Shown here: positions 18,330-27,874 of the stretch, piece by piece
Layout of the letters: every line of letters begins with the position of its first letter
Numbering within the stretch: the first letter of the stretch is position 1
Assembly (NCBI GenBank): GCA_964512865.1
Contig: CAZELC010000002.1
Span: 1-32,233 of the forward strand
Direction: 5' to 3'
DNA: 32,233 nt
Source of the DNA: an uncultured Bacteroidales bacterium
GTDB taxonomy: Bacteria > Bacteroidota > Bacteroidia > Bacteroidales > CAIWKO01
Translations under genes and position numbers: made by a program
The notes under the pieces: model-generated
The model's database searches: none
The model's input: only the letters and a program-made list of their open reading frames with translations
What the model was told of the DNA's origin: nothing

Positions 18330-19343
18330 TTAGTTGCTTTCAAGAATATTTAAAAGCTCATCCAGTTTTGGTGTAAGAATAATTTCTGTTCTTCTGTTTT
18401 TTGCGCGGGCTTCTTTGGTATTGGCGGCTTCAACAGGAACATATTCACTTCTTCCAGCGGAGGTAATTCTTGCAGGTTTTATTGTGCTGTTTTTAAGAAG
18501 TATTTTTGTGACAGCATTTGCTCTCATTACGCTCAAATCCCAGTTATCAAGAATTTGACCTGTGCCTTTGTAGGGAACGTTATCTGTATGACCTTCCACA
18601 GTAATATTAATATCAGGGTTTGATTCCAAAACCTTGGCAAGTTTTTTAAGTGCTTCTACACCGTTTGCAGCCACTTCAAAGCTTCCTGATGCAAATAAAA
18701 GTGTTTCATCCATTGAAACATATACTTTACCGTTTTTTTGCTTTATTGTTAATCCTTTATTTTCGAAACCAAGCAATGCATTTTGAACTTTGGTTTTAAG
18801 AGCTTTAACAATTGAGTCTTTTTTTGCAAGTATTGACTGAAGTTCTGCTAATTTTGCCTGTTTATCGGCAAGTTCTTTTTCGGCAGTTTGCAGATTTTTT
18901 TGTTTAATGGCAAGCAGGTCGGCAACTTTTTTAAGTGAATCTTCTCTTTTTACAAGTTCTTCCTGTGTTTTATGCAGTTCGGCGAGAATTTTTTTAGTTT
19001 CAGTACTTTTTCCAAACATCAGCTCTTTGTTTTTTTGTAAAATAGTATCATACGATATTTTCAGTTTTGTGAATTGGTCGCTGAGTTCCTGATATTTTTC
19101 CGCAAGTTCCTTATTATTTGCGCTGAGATCACTGTTTTGTTTATTTAGCTTTTCAATCAAAGCATTAAGTTCATTAGTTTTGGTGCTTAATTCCATATTA
19201 TGATTTTTAAGCGTGGAATTTTCTTCATCACATTTTTTTCTTGTGGCTTCAAGCTCTTGATATTTCTTCATTGTAACACAGGAGGAAAGCGACAATAAAA
19301 GAATCAATACAAAAACACCTGAGTTTAATAACCTGATTTTCAT
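18330..19343 (-). CDS. OmpA-family lipoprotein with a long N-terminal coiled coil
   Basis: Lipobox 'LSLSSC'. About 170 aa are heptad-rich and K/E/L/Q-rich. The C-terminal OmpA-like domain carries 'VEGHTDNVPY...NWDLSVMRANAV...NRRTEI'. Confidence 0.85.
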   Translation of the reverse strand: MKIRLLNSGVFVLILLLSLSSCVTMKKYQELEATRKKCDEENSTLKNHNMELSTKTNELNALIEKLNKQNSDLSANNKELAEKYQELSDQFTKLKISYDTILQKNKELMFGKSTETKKILAELHKTQEELVKREDSLKKVADLLAIKQKNLQTAEKELADKQAKLAELQSILAKKDSIVKALKTKVQNALLGFENKGLTIKQKNGKVYVSMDETLLFASGSFEVAANGVEALKKLAKVLESNPDINITVEGHTDNVPYKGTGQILDNWDLSVMRANAVTKILLKNSTIKPARITSAGRSEYVPVEAANTKEARAKNRRTEIILTPKLDELLNILESN

Positions 19344-19366
19344 AGTTGTATAATTTTGATAATTAC

Positions 19367-19374
19367 CAAAATTA
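19367..19374 (-). promoter_or_regulatory. Candidate -7 promoter element (TAATTTTG on the minus strand)
   Basis: Exact TAnnTTTG match, 24 nt upstream of ATG 19343, embedded in a cluster of AGTTGT hexamers. Confidence 0.4.
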
Positions 19375-19429
19375 CAACTACTAATAGTTGTTATAAGGAT
19401 TTGGAAAAAATAATACTAACACCCGGTTG

Positions 19430-20197
19430 TTAAAAGTCTGCTTCAAGAAGTACAGGACAATGGTCAGAATGTATGGCTTCCGGAATTATTTTAGAGCTTT
19501 TTAAAATTTTGGCCAAATTACTCGTAGCCATATTATAATCAATGCGCCATCCTTTATTCTGGCTTCTTGCATTGAATCTATAACTCCACCAAGTATACTG
19601 TTTAGGTTCCTGATTGAAAACACGAAAAGTGTCGATAAATCCGCTTTCGAGAAACTTTGTTATCCATTCTCTTTCTTCAGGCAGAAATCCGGAATTATTG
19701 GCGTTTCCTTTTGGGTCGTGAATGTCTATGGGTTTATGGCATATATTGAAATCGCCACAAATAATTAGTTTGGTACGTGTTTTTTTCAACTCATTTATAT
19801 ATTGAAGAAAGTCTTCCAGCCATATCATCTTAAATGCCTGTCGTTCTTCTCCACTTGAACCCGAAGGATGATAAACACTAATAACTGATATATCACCAAA
19901 ATCGGCTCTTATCGTACGACCTTCGTCGTCGTATTTTTTAATTCCCATTCCATAAATAATATTATCAGGTTCTTTTTTAGTGATAAGTCCAACACCACTA
20001 TAACCTTTTTTTACTGCTGAGTACCAATAATTTTTATATCCCATACCTTCAAAATCAAGGACGGGAATCTGTTCAGGCTGTGCCTTTGTTTCCTGAAAAC
20101 ACATAATATCCGGGTCAACTTCCTTTATCCATTGGAGAAGTCCTTTTCCTACGGCTGCTCTAATACCATTTAAGTTATACGTGATTATTTTTTTCAT
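19430..20197 (-). CDS. xth: Exodeoxyribonuclease III
   Basis: 255 aa. EEP-nuclease motifs 'YNLNGIRA', 'CFQETK', 'GDFNICH', 'GWRIDY' and 'SDHCPV'. Confidence 0.93.
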   Translation of the reverse strand: MKKIITYNLNGIRAAVGKGLLQWIKEVDPDIMCFQETKAQPEQIPVLDFEGMGYKNYWYSAVKKGYSGVGLITKKEPDNIIYGMGIKKYDDEGRTIRADFGDISVISVYHPSGSSGEERQAFKMIWLEDFLQYINELKKTRTKLIICGDFNICHKPIDIHDPKGNANNSGFLPEEREWITKFLESGFIDTFRVFNQEPKQYTWWSYRFNARSQNKGWRIDYNMATSNLAKILKSSKIIPEAIHSDHCPVLLEADF

Positions 20198-20202
20198 ATA
20201 AA

Positions 20203-20646
20203 TTATCTTTTCTTTTTAAAAAATTCTTTGATTATTTCTGAAGATTCCTTTTCGAGAATTCCGGATATTACTTCTGTTTTTGGATGTAATATTCTTTGGC
20301 TTACAAAGGAATATCCTTTTTTCTCATCTTTAGCAGCGAAAACAATTTTTCCAATTTGCGACCAGTAAAGTGCTCCGGCACACATAACGCAAGGTTCGAG
20401 GGTGATGTAAATTATACAATCATTGAGATATTTAGCTCCCAGATAATTTGTAGCTGCCGTAATTGCCTGCATTTCTGCATGGGCAGTAGTGTCGTTCAAT
20501 TGTTCGGTAAGGTTGTGAGCTCTGGCAATAATTTTATTCCGGCAAACAATAACAGCTCCAATAGGAACTTCGTCTTTTTCAAAAGCTTTTTGAGCTTCTT
20601 TAAAAGCTTCTTTCATAAAATATTCATCTGAAAAAACACTCAACAT
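20203..20646 (-). CDS. tadA: tRNA-specific adenosine deaminase
   Basis: CDA zinc motifs 'HAEMQAI' and 'PCVMCAGAL'. I prefer ATG 20646 (MLSVFSDEYFMKEA...) to 20673. The gap to xth is 5 nt. Confidence 0.88.
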   Translation of the reverse strand: MLSVFSDEYFMKEAFKEAQKAFEKDEVPIGAVIVCRNKIIARAHNLTEQLNDTTAHAEMQAITAATNYLGAKYLNDCIIYITLEPCVMCAGALYWSQIGKIVFAAKDEKKGYSFVSQRILHPKTEVISGILEKESSEIIKEFFKKKR

Positions 20647-20783
20647 CACGATAAATTTTAACAATATTAGCATTTATCCTTATTATCATAAAATTATTTT
20701 CATGAATTTTTAACAAAATGTTAAAATAATTCAAACTAAATTTTTTAATTTTACATCATAAATATAATCTAAACATCATTTTT

Positions 20784-23774
20784 ATGAATATTTTTTGTCG
20801 ACTATTTAAAGTAAATTTAGCAATTTTATGCTTTGTCTTAACGGCTTATTTTACTAACGCCCAAACTTTTGAAAAAGATTTTAAAGATGGCGCGATACAT
20901 TTTAAAATTAAGGACAATGTTTTCCTGAAATATAATATTAATGAGGATAAAACTTTTGATATAAGCCAGTTTGCATTTCTTAATGAAATAAACACAAAAT
21001 ATGTAATTAAAAAATTATCAAGACCTTATGATATTGCAAAAGACCCCAAAATTTTGAGAATCTTTCTTCTTGAATTTTCTGATTTTGAAAATATTAACAG
21101 TATTATTGCTGACTTACAAAAGATTGATATTATTGAGTATGCTGAAAAATGTCCGCGCAGATATCCTTTATGGACACCAAATGATCCGTATTATGCATTA
21201 ACTTCAGCCGGCTTCAACTGGAACTGGCATTTAGATCAGGTTAAAGCCAGCCTTGCATGGGATATACAAAAAGGAGTAAATACTGTAAAAGTTGGTATTG
21301 TAGACAATGCTATTTGGGGAAGCCATCCAGACCTGAATATTCCAACAAATCATCAATATAATGCAACAACTCAGGTTGCGGGTAATTCTGCTCCGCCGAC
21401 ATCAATAAGCCAGACAGGTTCTTATCCAAGTAATATTACGCCTTACGAATGGTCGCACGGAACTCATTGTGCCGGTAATATTGCTGCAATTAATAATAAT
21501 GGTGTTGGTGTTTGTTCATTAGCCGGTGGCGATGGAAGCCAGGCTAGCGGTGTGCAGCTTTATGCCGCAAGAGCCGATGACGGTTCGGGAATGTATAACA
21601 CTTATATTAATAATGGAATAAATTGGTGCGTTAATCAGGGATGCAAAGTTATAAGCTTATCACTTGGAGGTTATACATCATCAAGCACTGACCAAGCACT
21701 GATAAATTCGGCAGTTACCAATTATGGTGTAACTTTCGTTGCTTCAGCAGGCAATAACGGTGATGGCGGCGAAGATCCCGGAAATACAAATGCCGTGGTT
21801 TACCCTGCCGGTTATCCCAATGTGATTTCTGTTGCTGCAACAAATGAAGATAAAAAACTGGCGACCTTTTCCGAATATGGAACATGGGTAGATATTGCTG
21901 CTCCCGGCGGATATATGAATGGAGGAGAAACTTATGGTATGTCAGAATTAAGTACAACATACTGCCACAATTTGGTTACAGCATACGTGCTTAGTTCTCA
22001 AAATCCTATAACTGGTACGAGTAATTATTATGATGTAATGCAGGGAACATCAATGTCTTGTCCTATAACAGCAAGTCTTTGTGCATTGATGCTTTCGAGA
22101 AATTCAACATTAACACCTGCTCAGATATTAAGCTGTCTTCAGTCAACTTCACAGACTCTGGCAAGCGGTTCACATACTATTGCAACAGGAAAAGGAATTA
22201 TTGATGCACAGGCAGCATTGAATTGTGTAGCACCAACAACGGGTGTTACAGCATTTTTCACTCCATCGGTAACTTCCGGAGTTGCTCCTTTAACTGTTCA
22301 GTTTACAAATACTTCAACAGGAAATCCTACTCCAAATTCATATATATGGGCATGGGGAGACGGCACCTCAAATACTACAGTAACAACTACAGCAACACAA
22401 ACTCATAATTTTACTGCTGCAGGAAATTACACTGTAACATTAACTGCAAGCAATGGTACAAACAGTGATACATACACCGCTACTATAAATGTTACTAATT
22501 CCGGTGGCGGCACCTGCGATACTTTGTCGAATATTTTAGATACAGAAGACCTTACTCTTTATGGTTTTGGTACAGGACAATGGGGTACATGGACAGGTCA
22601 TAATTCCTATTCAATTGCCGAATTTGCTGAATATTATACAGGTATGACAGTTAATAGTATTAACGGTTTGCAAGTTTATGTCGCAGATGCAGTCAGTGGT
22701 GGAACAGGTGGAAATCATAAAGTTACTTTTAAAGTTTACGCCGGAGGTGGAACAACTCCCGGAACTGTTTTAGGATCAAAAGACGTTGCAATAACCGCAC
22801 TTACACCTTATGATTATAATTATATACAGTTTGATAATCCGGTTGCATTTACAGGAACAGATGTTTATGTAGGCTACCAGATATATTATAATTCACCTGC
22901 TGATACTTTTTCAGTTGCTCAGGCTGTTACCAGAACCAATAATGTAAACTCTGGGTTTTTGAAAAACGGATCAAACTGGGCTTCATTTCCAAGCTTGTCA
23001 GGTAATTCACTTTATTCGGCAATATGGGTTTCACCAATGGTTTGCGGAGGCTGCACTGCTCCTTCGACTCCTACTGTGGGAACAGTTACACAACCAACGT
23101 GTACAGTGTCAACTGGCAGCGTGGTTTTAAACGGATTACCGTCAAGCGGTACATGGACGATAACCAGAAATCCTGGCAGCGTAACCACAACAGGAACAGG
23201 TACAACAAAAACATTAACAGGAATTCCAGCAGGAACTTATACTTTTTCAGTTACGAATTCTGAAGGTTGTACTTCGCTTGCCACTAACAGTGTTACTTTA
23301 AACAGCGTTTCTGTGCCGGCAACACCAACAATTACACAGAATGGTAATGTTTTACATTCAAGCGCAACAAGCGGCAACCAATGGTATAATCAAACCGGTT
23401 TAATTGGTGGTGCTGTTTATCAAAATTATACAGTTACTGCCAATGGCACTTATTATGTAAAAGTTACACAAAACGGATGTGAGTCAAACCAGTCAAATTC
23501 AATAACAATTTCAGGTTTAGGAATAGAAAATATAGAAACTAATAATCTGATTAAAGTTTATCCAAACCCTGTTTCAGATGAGTTAGTTATTGAAATAAAT
23601 GATGGTTCGCAGTTATCAACTATCAAGATTTCAAATATTATCGGACAAATTGTTTACAATGGAGAAATGAAGGATAAAAAAGTTATTTCGGTAGCAGGTT
23701 TTGCAAAAGGTGTTTATATGGTAAAGATTGATACCGGTAAAGAGATTATTGTTAAGAAAATTGTAAAAGAATAA
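20784..23774 (+). CDS. Secreted multidomain subtilisin-family (S8) serine protease with PKD domain and T9SS C-terminal sorting domain
   Basis: Signal peptide, then the catalytic triad 'VGIVDNA', 'HGTHCAGN' and 'GTSMSCP'. PKD domain 'WAWGDGT...HNFTAAGNYTVTL'. SprB-like Cys motif 'QPTCTVSTGSVVL'. T9SS CTD 'KVYPNPVSDELVIE...GVYMVKI' (nt ~23547-23771). Confidence 0.9.
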   Translation: MNIFCRLFKVNLAILCFVLTAYFTNAQTFEKDFKDGAIHFKIKDNVFLKYNINEDKTFDISQFAFLNEINTKYVIKKLSRPYDIAKDPKILRIFLLEFSDFENINSIIADLQKIDIIEYAEKCPRRYPLWTPNDPYYALTSAGFNWNWHLDQVKASLAWDIQKGVNTVKVGIVDNAIWGSHPDLNIPTNHQYNATTQVAGNSAPPTSISQTGSYPSNITPYEWSHGTHCAGNIAAINNNGVGVCSLAGGDGSQASGVQLYAARADDGSGMYNTYINNGINWCVNQGCKVISLSLGGYTSSSTDQALINSAVTNYGVTFVASAGNNGDGGEDPGNTNAVVYPAGYPNVISVAATNEDKKLATFSEYGTWVDIAAPGGYMNGGETYGMSELSTTYCHNLVTAYVLSSQNPITGTSNYYDVMQGTSMSCPITASLCALMLSRNSTLTPAQILSCLQSTSQTLASGSHTIATGKGIIDAQAALNCVAPTTGVTAFFTPSVTSGVAPLTVQFTNTSTGNPTPNSYIWAWGDGTSNTTVTTTATQTHNFTAAGNYTVTLTASNGTNSDTYTATINVTNSGGGTCDTLSNILDTEDLTLYGFGTGQWGTWTGHNSYSIAEFAEYYTGMTVNSINGLQVYVADAVSGGTGGNHKVTFKVYAGGGTTPGTVLGSKDVAITALTPYDYNYIQFDNPVAFTGTDVYVGYQIYYNSPADTFSVAQAVTRTNNVNSGFLKNGSNWASFPSLSGNSLYSAIWVSPMVCGGCTAPSTPTVGTVTQPTCTVSTGSVVLNGLPSSGTWTITRNPGSVTTTGTGTTKTLTGIPAGTYTFSVTNSEGCTSLATNSVTLNSVSVPATPTITQNGNVLHSSATSGNQWYNQTGLIGGAVYQNYTVTANGTYYVKVTQNGCESNQSNSITISGLGIENIETNNLIKVYPNPVSDELVIEINDGSQLSTIKISNIIGQIVYNGEMKDKKVISVAGFAKGVYMVKIDTGKEIIVKKIVKE

Positions 23775-23817
23775 TCTGTAATCTATTATAAGAAGAGTTT
23801 CATCTCCATTTATTGAT

Positions 23818-23924
23818 ATTTTCACTTAGTTTATTATACAGTGAATTTATAATATATTGAAACACAGAGTTCGCGGAAAAGTTCGCGGAGATTCACAGAT
23901 AACTTTACTAATTTGATACAGCCT
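23818..23924 (+). repeat. Intergenic repeat element, copy 2 (core)
   Basis: Aligns to 5808-5916 in the same orientation. It shares 'attttcact', 'gtgaatt', 'aaacac', the period-12 'agttcNNNga' pair and the 3' end 'ctaatttgaNacagcct' plus T-run. Confidence 0.6.
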
Positions 23925-24013
23925 CTTTTTATTACCTTTCTGTTTTTTGGTTATAGAGTAACTTTCATTAAAGAAAACCTGAAAATTTTGTACTTTCGTA
24001 AAAAATTTATTTT

Positions 24014-25768
24014 ATGTTAAGAACCAATACCTGCGGAGAGCTCCGCATAATCGATAAAGGCAAAAAAGTTACACTCTGCGGATGGGTACAGAGGACAAGG
24101 GAATTCGGAGGAATGATATTTATTGACCTTCGCGACAGATATGGCATTACACAACTTGTTTTTAACAGGCAAATAAATGCTGAACTATGTGCTAAAGCGG
24201 TTGAACTTAACCGTGAATTCGTCATTTCGGCATCCGGAATAGTTGAGGAAAGAAGTAACAAAAACACCAAAATTCCTACCGGTGAAATAGAAATTATTGC
24301 TGATTCATTTGAAATTCTTAATGAATCCAAAATACCACCTTTTACTATTGAGGACGAAACCGATGGTGGTGATGAACTCCGTATGAAATACAGATATCTT
24401 GACTTGAGAAGAAATATCAACAAGTCAAACCTTGAACTTCGTCATAAAATGGCTTTTGAGACCAGAAATTATCTGAACTCCATTGATTTTATTGAAGTTG
24501 AAACACCTTATCTGATTAAATCTACACCGGAAGGAGCAAGAGATTTCGTTGTGCCATCAAGAGTTAATCCGGGAGAATTTTATGCTTTACCGCAATCGCC
24601 ACAAACATTTAAACAGCTTTTAATGGTTGCCGGTTACGATCGTTATTATCAGATTGTCAGGTGTTTTAGAGATGAAGATTTACGCGCCGACCGCCAGCCT
24701 GAGTTTACTCAGATCGATTGTGAAATGTCATTCATTACTCAGGAAGACATACTGAATACATTTGAAGGACTTGCAAAACATTTGTTCAAAAACGTTAAAG
24801 GCATTCATGTAGATGATTTTCCAAGAATGTCGTATGCTGATGCGATGAGATATTATGGAAGCGATAAACCTGATATTCGTTTTGGAATGGAATTCAAGGA
24901 ATTGAACAATATTGTAAAAAATAAAGGATTTAAAGTTTTTGATGATGCTGAAATAGTTTTGGGTATTGTTGCTCAGGGATGCGCTGACTATACCAGAAAG
25001 CAACTTGATGAACTTACCGAGTTTGTTAGAAAACCTCAGATCGGAGCTACAGGATTGGTTTATATGAGATATAATTCTGATGGGACTTTAAAATCTTCTG
25101 TAGATAAATTTTATGATGAAACAGAACTAAAAAAATGGGCCGCATTAACTGATACACGACCAGGTGATCTTTTATTTGTGATGGCCGGCAAAAAAGAGAA
25201 AACACAAAAAGCTCTTTGTGAATTACGTCTTGAAATGGGAAATCGTCTTGGCTTAAGAAAGAGTGAAGATTACAAACCTTTGTGGGTTGTTGATTTTCCA
25301 TTGCTTGAATGGGATGAGGAAACACAGCGGTTTTATGCAAAACATCATCCTTTTACTGCTCCAAAACCGGAAGATATTCAATTGATTGACACATCACCCG
25401 CCGATGTAAGAGCAAATGCTTACGACCTTGTAATTAATGGTGTTGAGATTGGCGGTGGTTCGATAAGAATATTCAAGAAGGAAATGCAAAAACGGATGTT
25501 ATCGCTTTTAGGTTTTAGCGATGAAGAAGCTCAAAAACAGTTCGGCTTTCTTATGAATGCATTTGAATTTGGTGCTCCGCCGCATGGTGGAATTGCTTTT
25601 GGATTCGACAGATTTTGTGCTGTTTTCGGAGGTTCGGATTCCATCAGAGATTATATAGCTTTCCCCAAAAATAATTCAGCAAGAGATATTATGATCGATT
25701 CGCCTTCAACAATAAGCGACCAGCAGCTGAATGAGTTAAGTATTAAATTGAGTATCAATAAACAATAA
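24014..25768 (+). CDS. aspS: Aspartate--tRNA ligase
   Basis: 584 aa. '[26 protein letters not shown]', class II motifs '[18 protein letters not shown]' and 'GGGSIRI', and '[12 protein letters not shown]'. Confidence 0.97.
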   Translation: MLRTNTCGELRIIDKGKKVTLCGWVQRTREFGGMIFIDLRDRYGITQLVFNRQINAELCAKAVELNREFVISASGIVEERSNKNTKIPTGEIEIIADSFEILNESKIPPFTIEDETDGGDELRMKYRYLDLRRNINKSNLELRHKMAFETRNYLNSIDFIEVETPYLIKSTPEGARDFVVPSRVNPGEFYALPQSPQTFKQLLMVAGYDRYYQIVRCFRDEDLRADRQPEFTQIDCEMSFITQEDILNTFEGLAKHLFKNVKGIHVDDFPRMSYADAMRYYGSDKPDIRFGMEFKELNNIVKNKGFKVFDDAEIVLGIVAQGCADYTRKQLDELTEFVRKPQIGATGLVYMRYNSDGTLKSSVDKFYDETELKKWAALTDTRPGDLLFVMAGKKEKTQKALCELRLEMGNRLGLRKSEDYKPLWVVDFPLLEWDEETQRFYAKHHPFTAPKPEDIQLIDTSPADVRANAYDLVINGVEIGGGSIRIFKKEMQKRMLSLLGFSDEEAQKQFGFLMNAFEFGAPPHGGIAFGFDRFCAVFGGSDSIRDYIAFPKNNSARDIMIDSPSTISDQQLNELSIKLSINKQ

Positions 25769-25769
25769 T

Positions 25770-27296
25770 ATGGCAAACAACGAAGAACTTTTCAAAAAGA
25801 TAATCGCCCATACAAAAGAGTATGGCTATATTTTTCCATCTAGTGAAATTTATGACGGACTTTCTGCCGTTTACGATTATGGTCAGTATGGAGTTGAACT
25901 TAAAAACAATATCAAAAACTACTGGTGGAAATCAATGGTACAATCACATGAAAATATTGTAGGTATTGATTCAGCGATATTTATGCACCCTACAATTTGG
26001 AAAGCTTCCGGCCATGTTGATGCTTTTAACGACCCGTTAATTGATAATAAGGATTCCAAAAAACGCTATCGTGCTGATGTTCTTGTGGAAGATCATATCG
26101 CCAAAATTGAAGATAAAATTCAAAAAGAGGTTGGCAAAGCAAGGCAACGTTTTGGTGAATCATTTGATGAACAGCAATTTGTTACAACAAATCAGCGAGT
26201 TGTTGAGTATCAGCAGAAAATTGATGATATAAAAAACCGTTTTTATAAAATGCTTGATGCCGGTGAGTTAGCCGGAATAAAATCACTTATCGAAGAGTTG
26301 GCAATTGTTTGTCCTGTTTCAGGCTCGCGAAACTGGACAGAGGTTAGGCAGTTTAATCTTATGTTCTCAACTCAGATGGGCTCAGTCACAGAAGATTCAA
26401 ATGTTCTTTATCTGCGTCCGGAAACTGCTCAGGGGATTTTTGTCAATTATCTAAATGTTCAGAAAACGGGCAGAATGAAAATTCCATTTGGTATTGCTCA
26501 GATAGGTAAAGCCTTCCGTAACGAAATCGTTGCCCGTCAGTTTATTTTCCGTATGCGTGAATTCGAACAGATGGAAATGCAGTTTTTTGTCAAGCCGGGC
26601 GAAGAACTCAAATGGTATGAGTACTGGAAGGAAGAAAGATTGAAATGGCATTTGTCGCTCGGTATTCCAAGAGAAAAATACCGTTTCCATCCGCACGAAA
26701 AGCTGGCACATTATGCAAATGCAGCATCTGATATAGAATTTGAATTTCCGTTTGGTTTTAAGGAACTTGAAGGAATTCATTCACGTACAGATTTTGACCT
26801 TAATGCTCACCAGAAGTATTCCGGAAAAAAACTTCAGTATTTTGACCCGGAAGCTAATGAAAGTTATGTTCCTTATGTTGTTGAAACTTCAATTGGCGTT
26901 GACCGCACTTTCCTTGCAGTAATAAGCAATGCTTATAAAGAGGAAAAACTAGAAGATGGATCAACAAGAGAACTTTTAAGCATTCCTCCTGTTCTGGCGC
27001 CAATAAAAGTAGCTGTTCTGCCATTAGTAAAAAAAGATGGAATGCCGGAAAAAGCTCGTGAAATAATGGATATCCTTAAACTTGACTATATGTGCCAGTA
27101 CGACGAAAAAGATGCAATCGGTCGTCGTTATCGTCGTCAGGATGCAATAGGAACACCATTCTGTGTTACGATAGATAATCAATCTCTTGAAGATAATACT
27201 GTTACAATTCGTGAACGCGATACTATGAAACAGGAAAGGGTTGGTATTGATAAAATTTCTGCGGTGGTTTCTGAAAAGATAAAAACTAATTTTTAA
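25770..27296 (+). CDS. glyQS: Glycine--tRNA ligase (homodimeric class II type)
   Basis: 508 aa. 'SSEIYDGLSAVYDYGQYG', 'YLRPETAQGIFVN', 'QIGKAFRNEI..R..IFRMREFEQMEMQFF' and 'ETSIGVDR'. The start lies 1 nt after the aspS stop. Confidence 0.95.
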   Translation: MANNEELFKKIIAHTKEYGYIFPSSEIYDGLSAVYDYGQYGVELKNNIKNYWWKSMVQSHENIVGIDSAIFMHPTIWKASGHVDAFNDPLIDNKDSKKRYRADVLVEDHIAKIEDKIQKEVGKARQRFGESFDEQQFVTTNQRVVEYQQKIDDIKNRFYKMLDAGELAGIKSLIEELAIVCPVSGSRNWTEVRQFNLMFSTQMGSVTEDSNVLYLRPETAQGIFVNYLNVQKTGRMKIPFGIAQIGKAFRNEIVARQFIFRMREFEQMEMQFFVKPGEELKWYEYWKEERLKWHLSLGIPREKYRFHPHEKLAHYANAASDIEFEFPFGFKELEGIHSRTDFDLNAHQKYSGKKLQYFDPEANESYVPYVVETSIGVDRTFLAVISNAYKEEKLEDGSTRELLSIPPVLAPIKVAVLPLVKKDGMPEKAREIMDILKLDYMCQYDEKDAIGRRYRRQDAIGTPFCVTIDNQSLEDNTVTIRERDTMKQERVGIDKISAVVSEKIKTNF

Positions 27297-27298
27297 AA

Positions 27299-27862
27299 TT
27301 ATTTTTTATTATAGGTAGTCATTGTAATTTCTATTCCTGAAAACACAAAAGTTTTCACGGCCTCAACAACTTTCTCAATTCGTGGAAGTACTGTCTTCTC
27401 TTCTTCGGAAGTAAATTTACTCAGAACATAATCAACCTGATGACCTTTGGCAAAATTGTTTCCTATACCGAATCTCAGTCTAGGAAATTCATTTGTTTCG
27501 AGCTGATATATAATATCTTCCATGCCATTATGACCGCCTTCGCTGCCTTGCTTTTTGATTCTTATTGCACCAAGAGGCAATGCAATATCATCATAAATAA
27601 CCAATAAATTCTCAAAAGGAATATTTTCTTTATTAAGCCAATATTTTACAGCTTTTCCGCTTAAATTCATGTATGTGGAAGGTTTAAGTATTATCAGTGT
27701 TCTACCTCTGAATTTAACTGTTGCAATATCGCCATATCTTTCTGTAGTAAATTTCCCATCAAGAGACTTTGCAATTGCATCTGCAGCCATAAATCCCAGA
27801 TTATGCCTTGTATTGGCATATTCAGAGCCTATATTTCCCAAACATGCTATAAGATATTTCAT
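27299..27862 (-). CDS. pth: Peptidyl-tRNA hydrolase
   Basis: 'MKYLIACLGNIGSEYANTRHNLGF', 'MNLSG' and 'GGHNG'. I prefer ATG 27862, because the longest ORF (27883) would run into the upstream hairpin. Confidence 0.92.
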   Translation of the reverse strand: MKYLIACLGNIGSEYANTRHNLGFMAADAIAKSLDGKFTTERYGDIATVKFRGRTLIILKPSTYMNLSGKAVKYWLNKENIPFENLLVIYDDIALPLGAIRIKKQGSEGGHNGMEDIIYQLETNEFPRLRFGIGNNFAKGHQVDYVLSKFTSEEEKTVLPRIEKVVEAVKTFVFSGIEITMTTYNKK

Positions 27863-27874
27863 TATATAAAAATA

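Noticed and set aside
20296-20631. 111-aa ORF on the plus strand
   Set aside because: It lies entirely inside tadA on the opposite strand and has no recognisable motifs. tadA carries intact deaminase zinc motifs.
22230-23520. Thr/Gly/Ser-rich, higher-GC stretch considered as a separate gene, a repeat array or a horizontally acquired insertion
   Set aside because: It is a continuous open frame with the S8 domain upstream and the T9SS CTD downstream. The composition is explained by PKD and Ig-like surface domains. Small internal ORFs (22223-22408, 23024-23263) are off-frame artefacts.
23940-24013. Possible T-box, riboswitch or leader upstream of aspS
   Set aside because: No specifier-loop or T-box consensus, and no conserved riboswitch core that I can recognise. 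Only near-matches to the -7 promoter motif are present ('taactttc', 'tactttcg').
24007-24423. 138-aa ORF on the minus strand
   Set aside because: It is fully antisense to the high-confidence aspS gene. The translation is Ser/Leu/Ile-rich and low-complexity, which is typical of the antisense frame of an AT-rich gene.
26451-26780. 109-aa ORF on the minus strand (plus 26041-26232 and 26740-26922 on the plus strand)
   Set aside because: All are embedded in glyQS in antisense or alternative frames, and none has motifs or translation signals.
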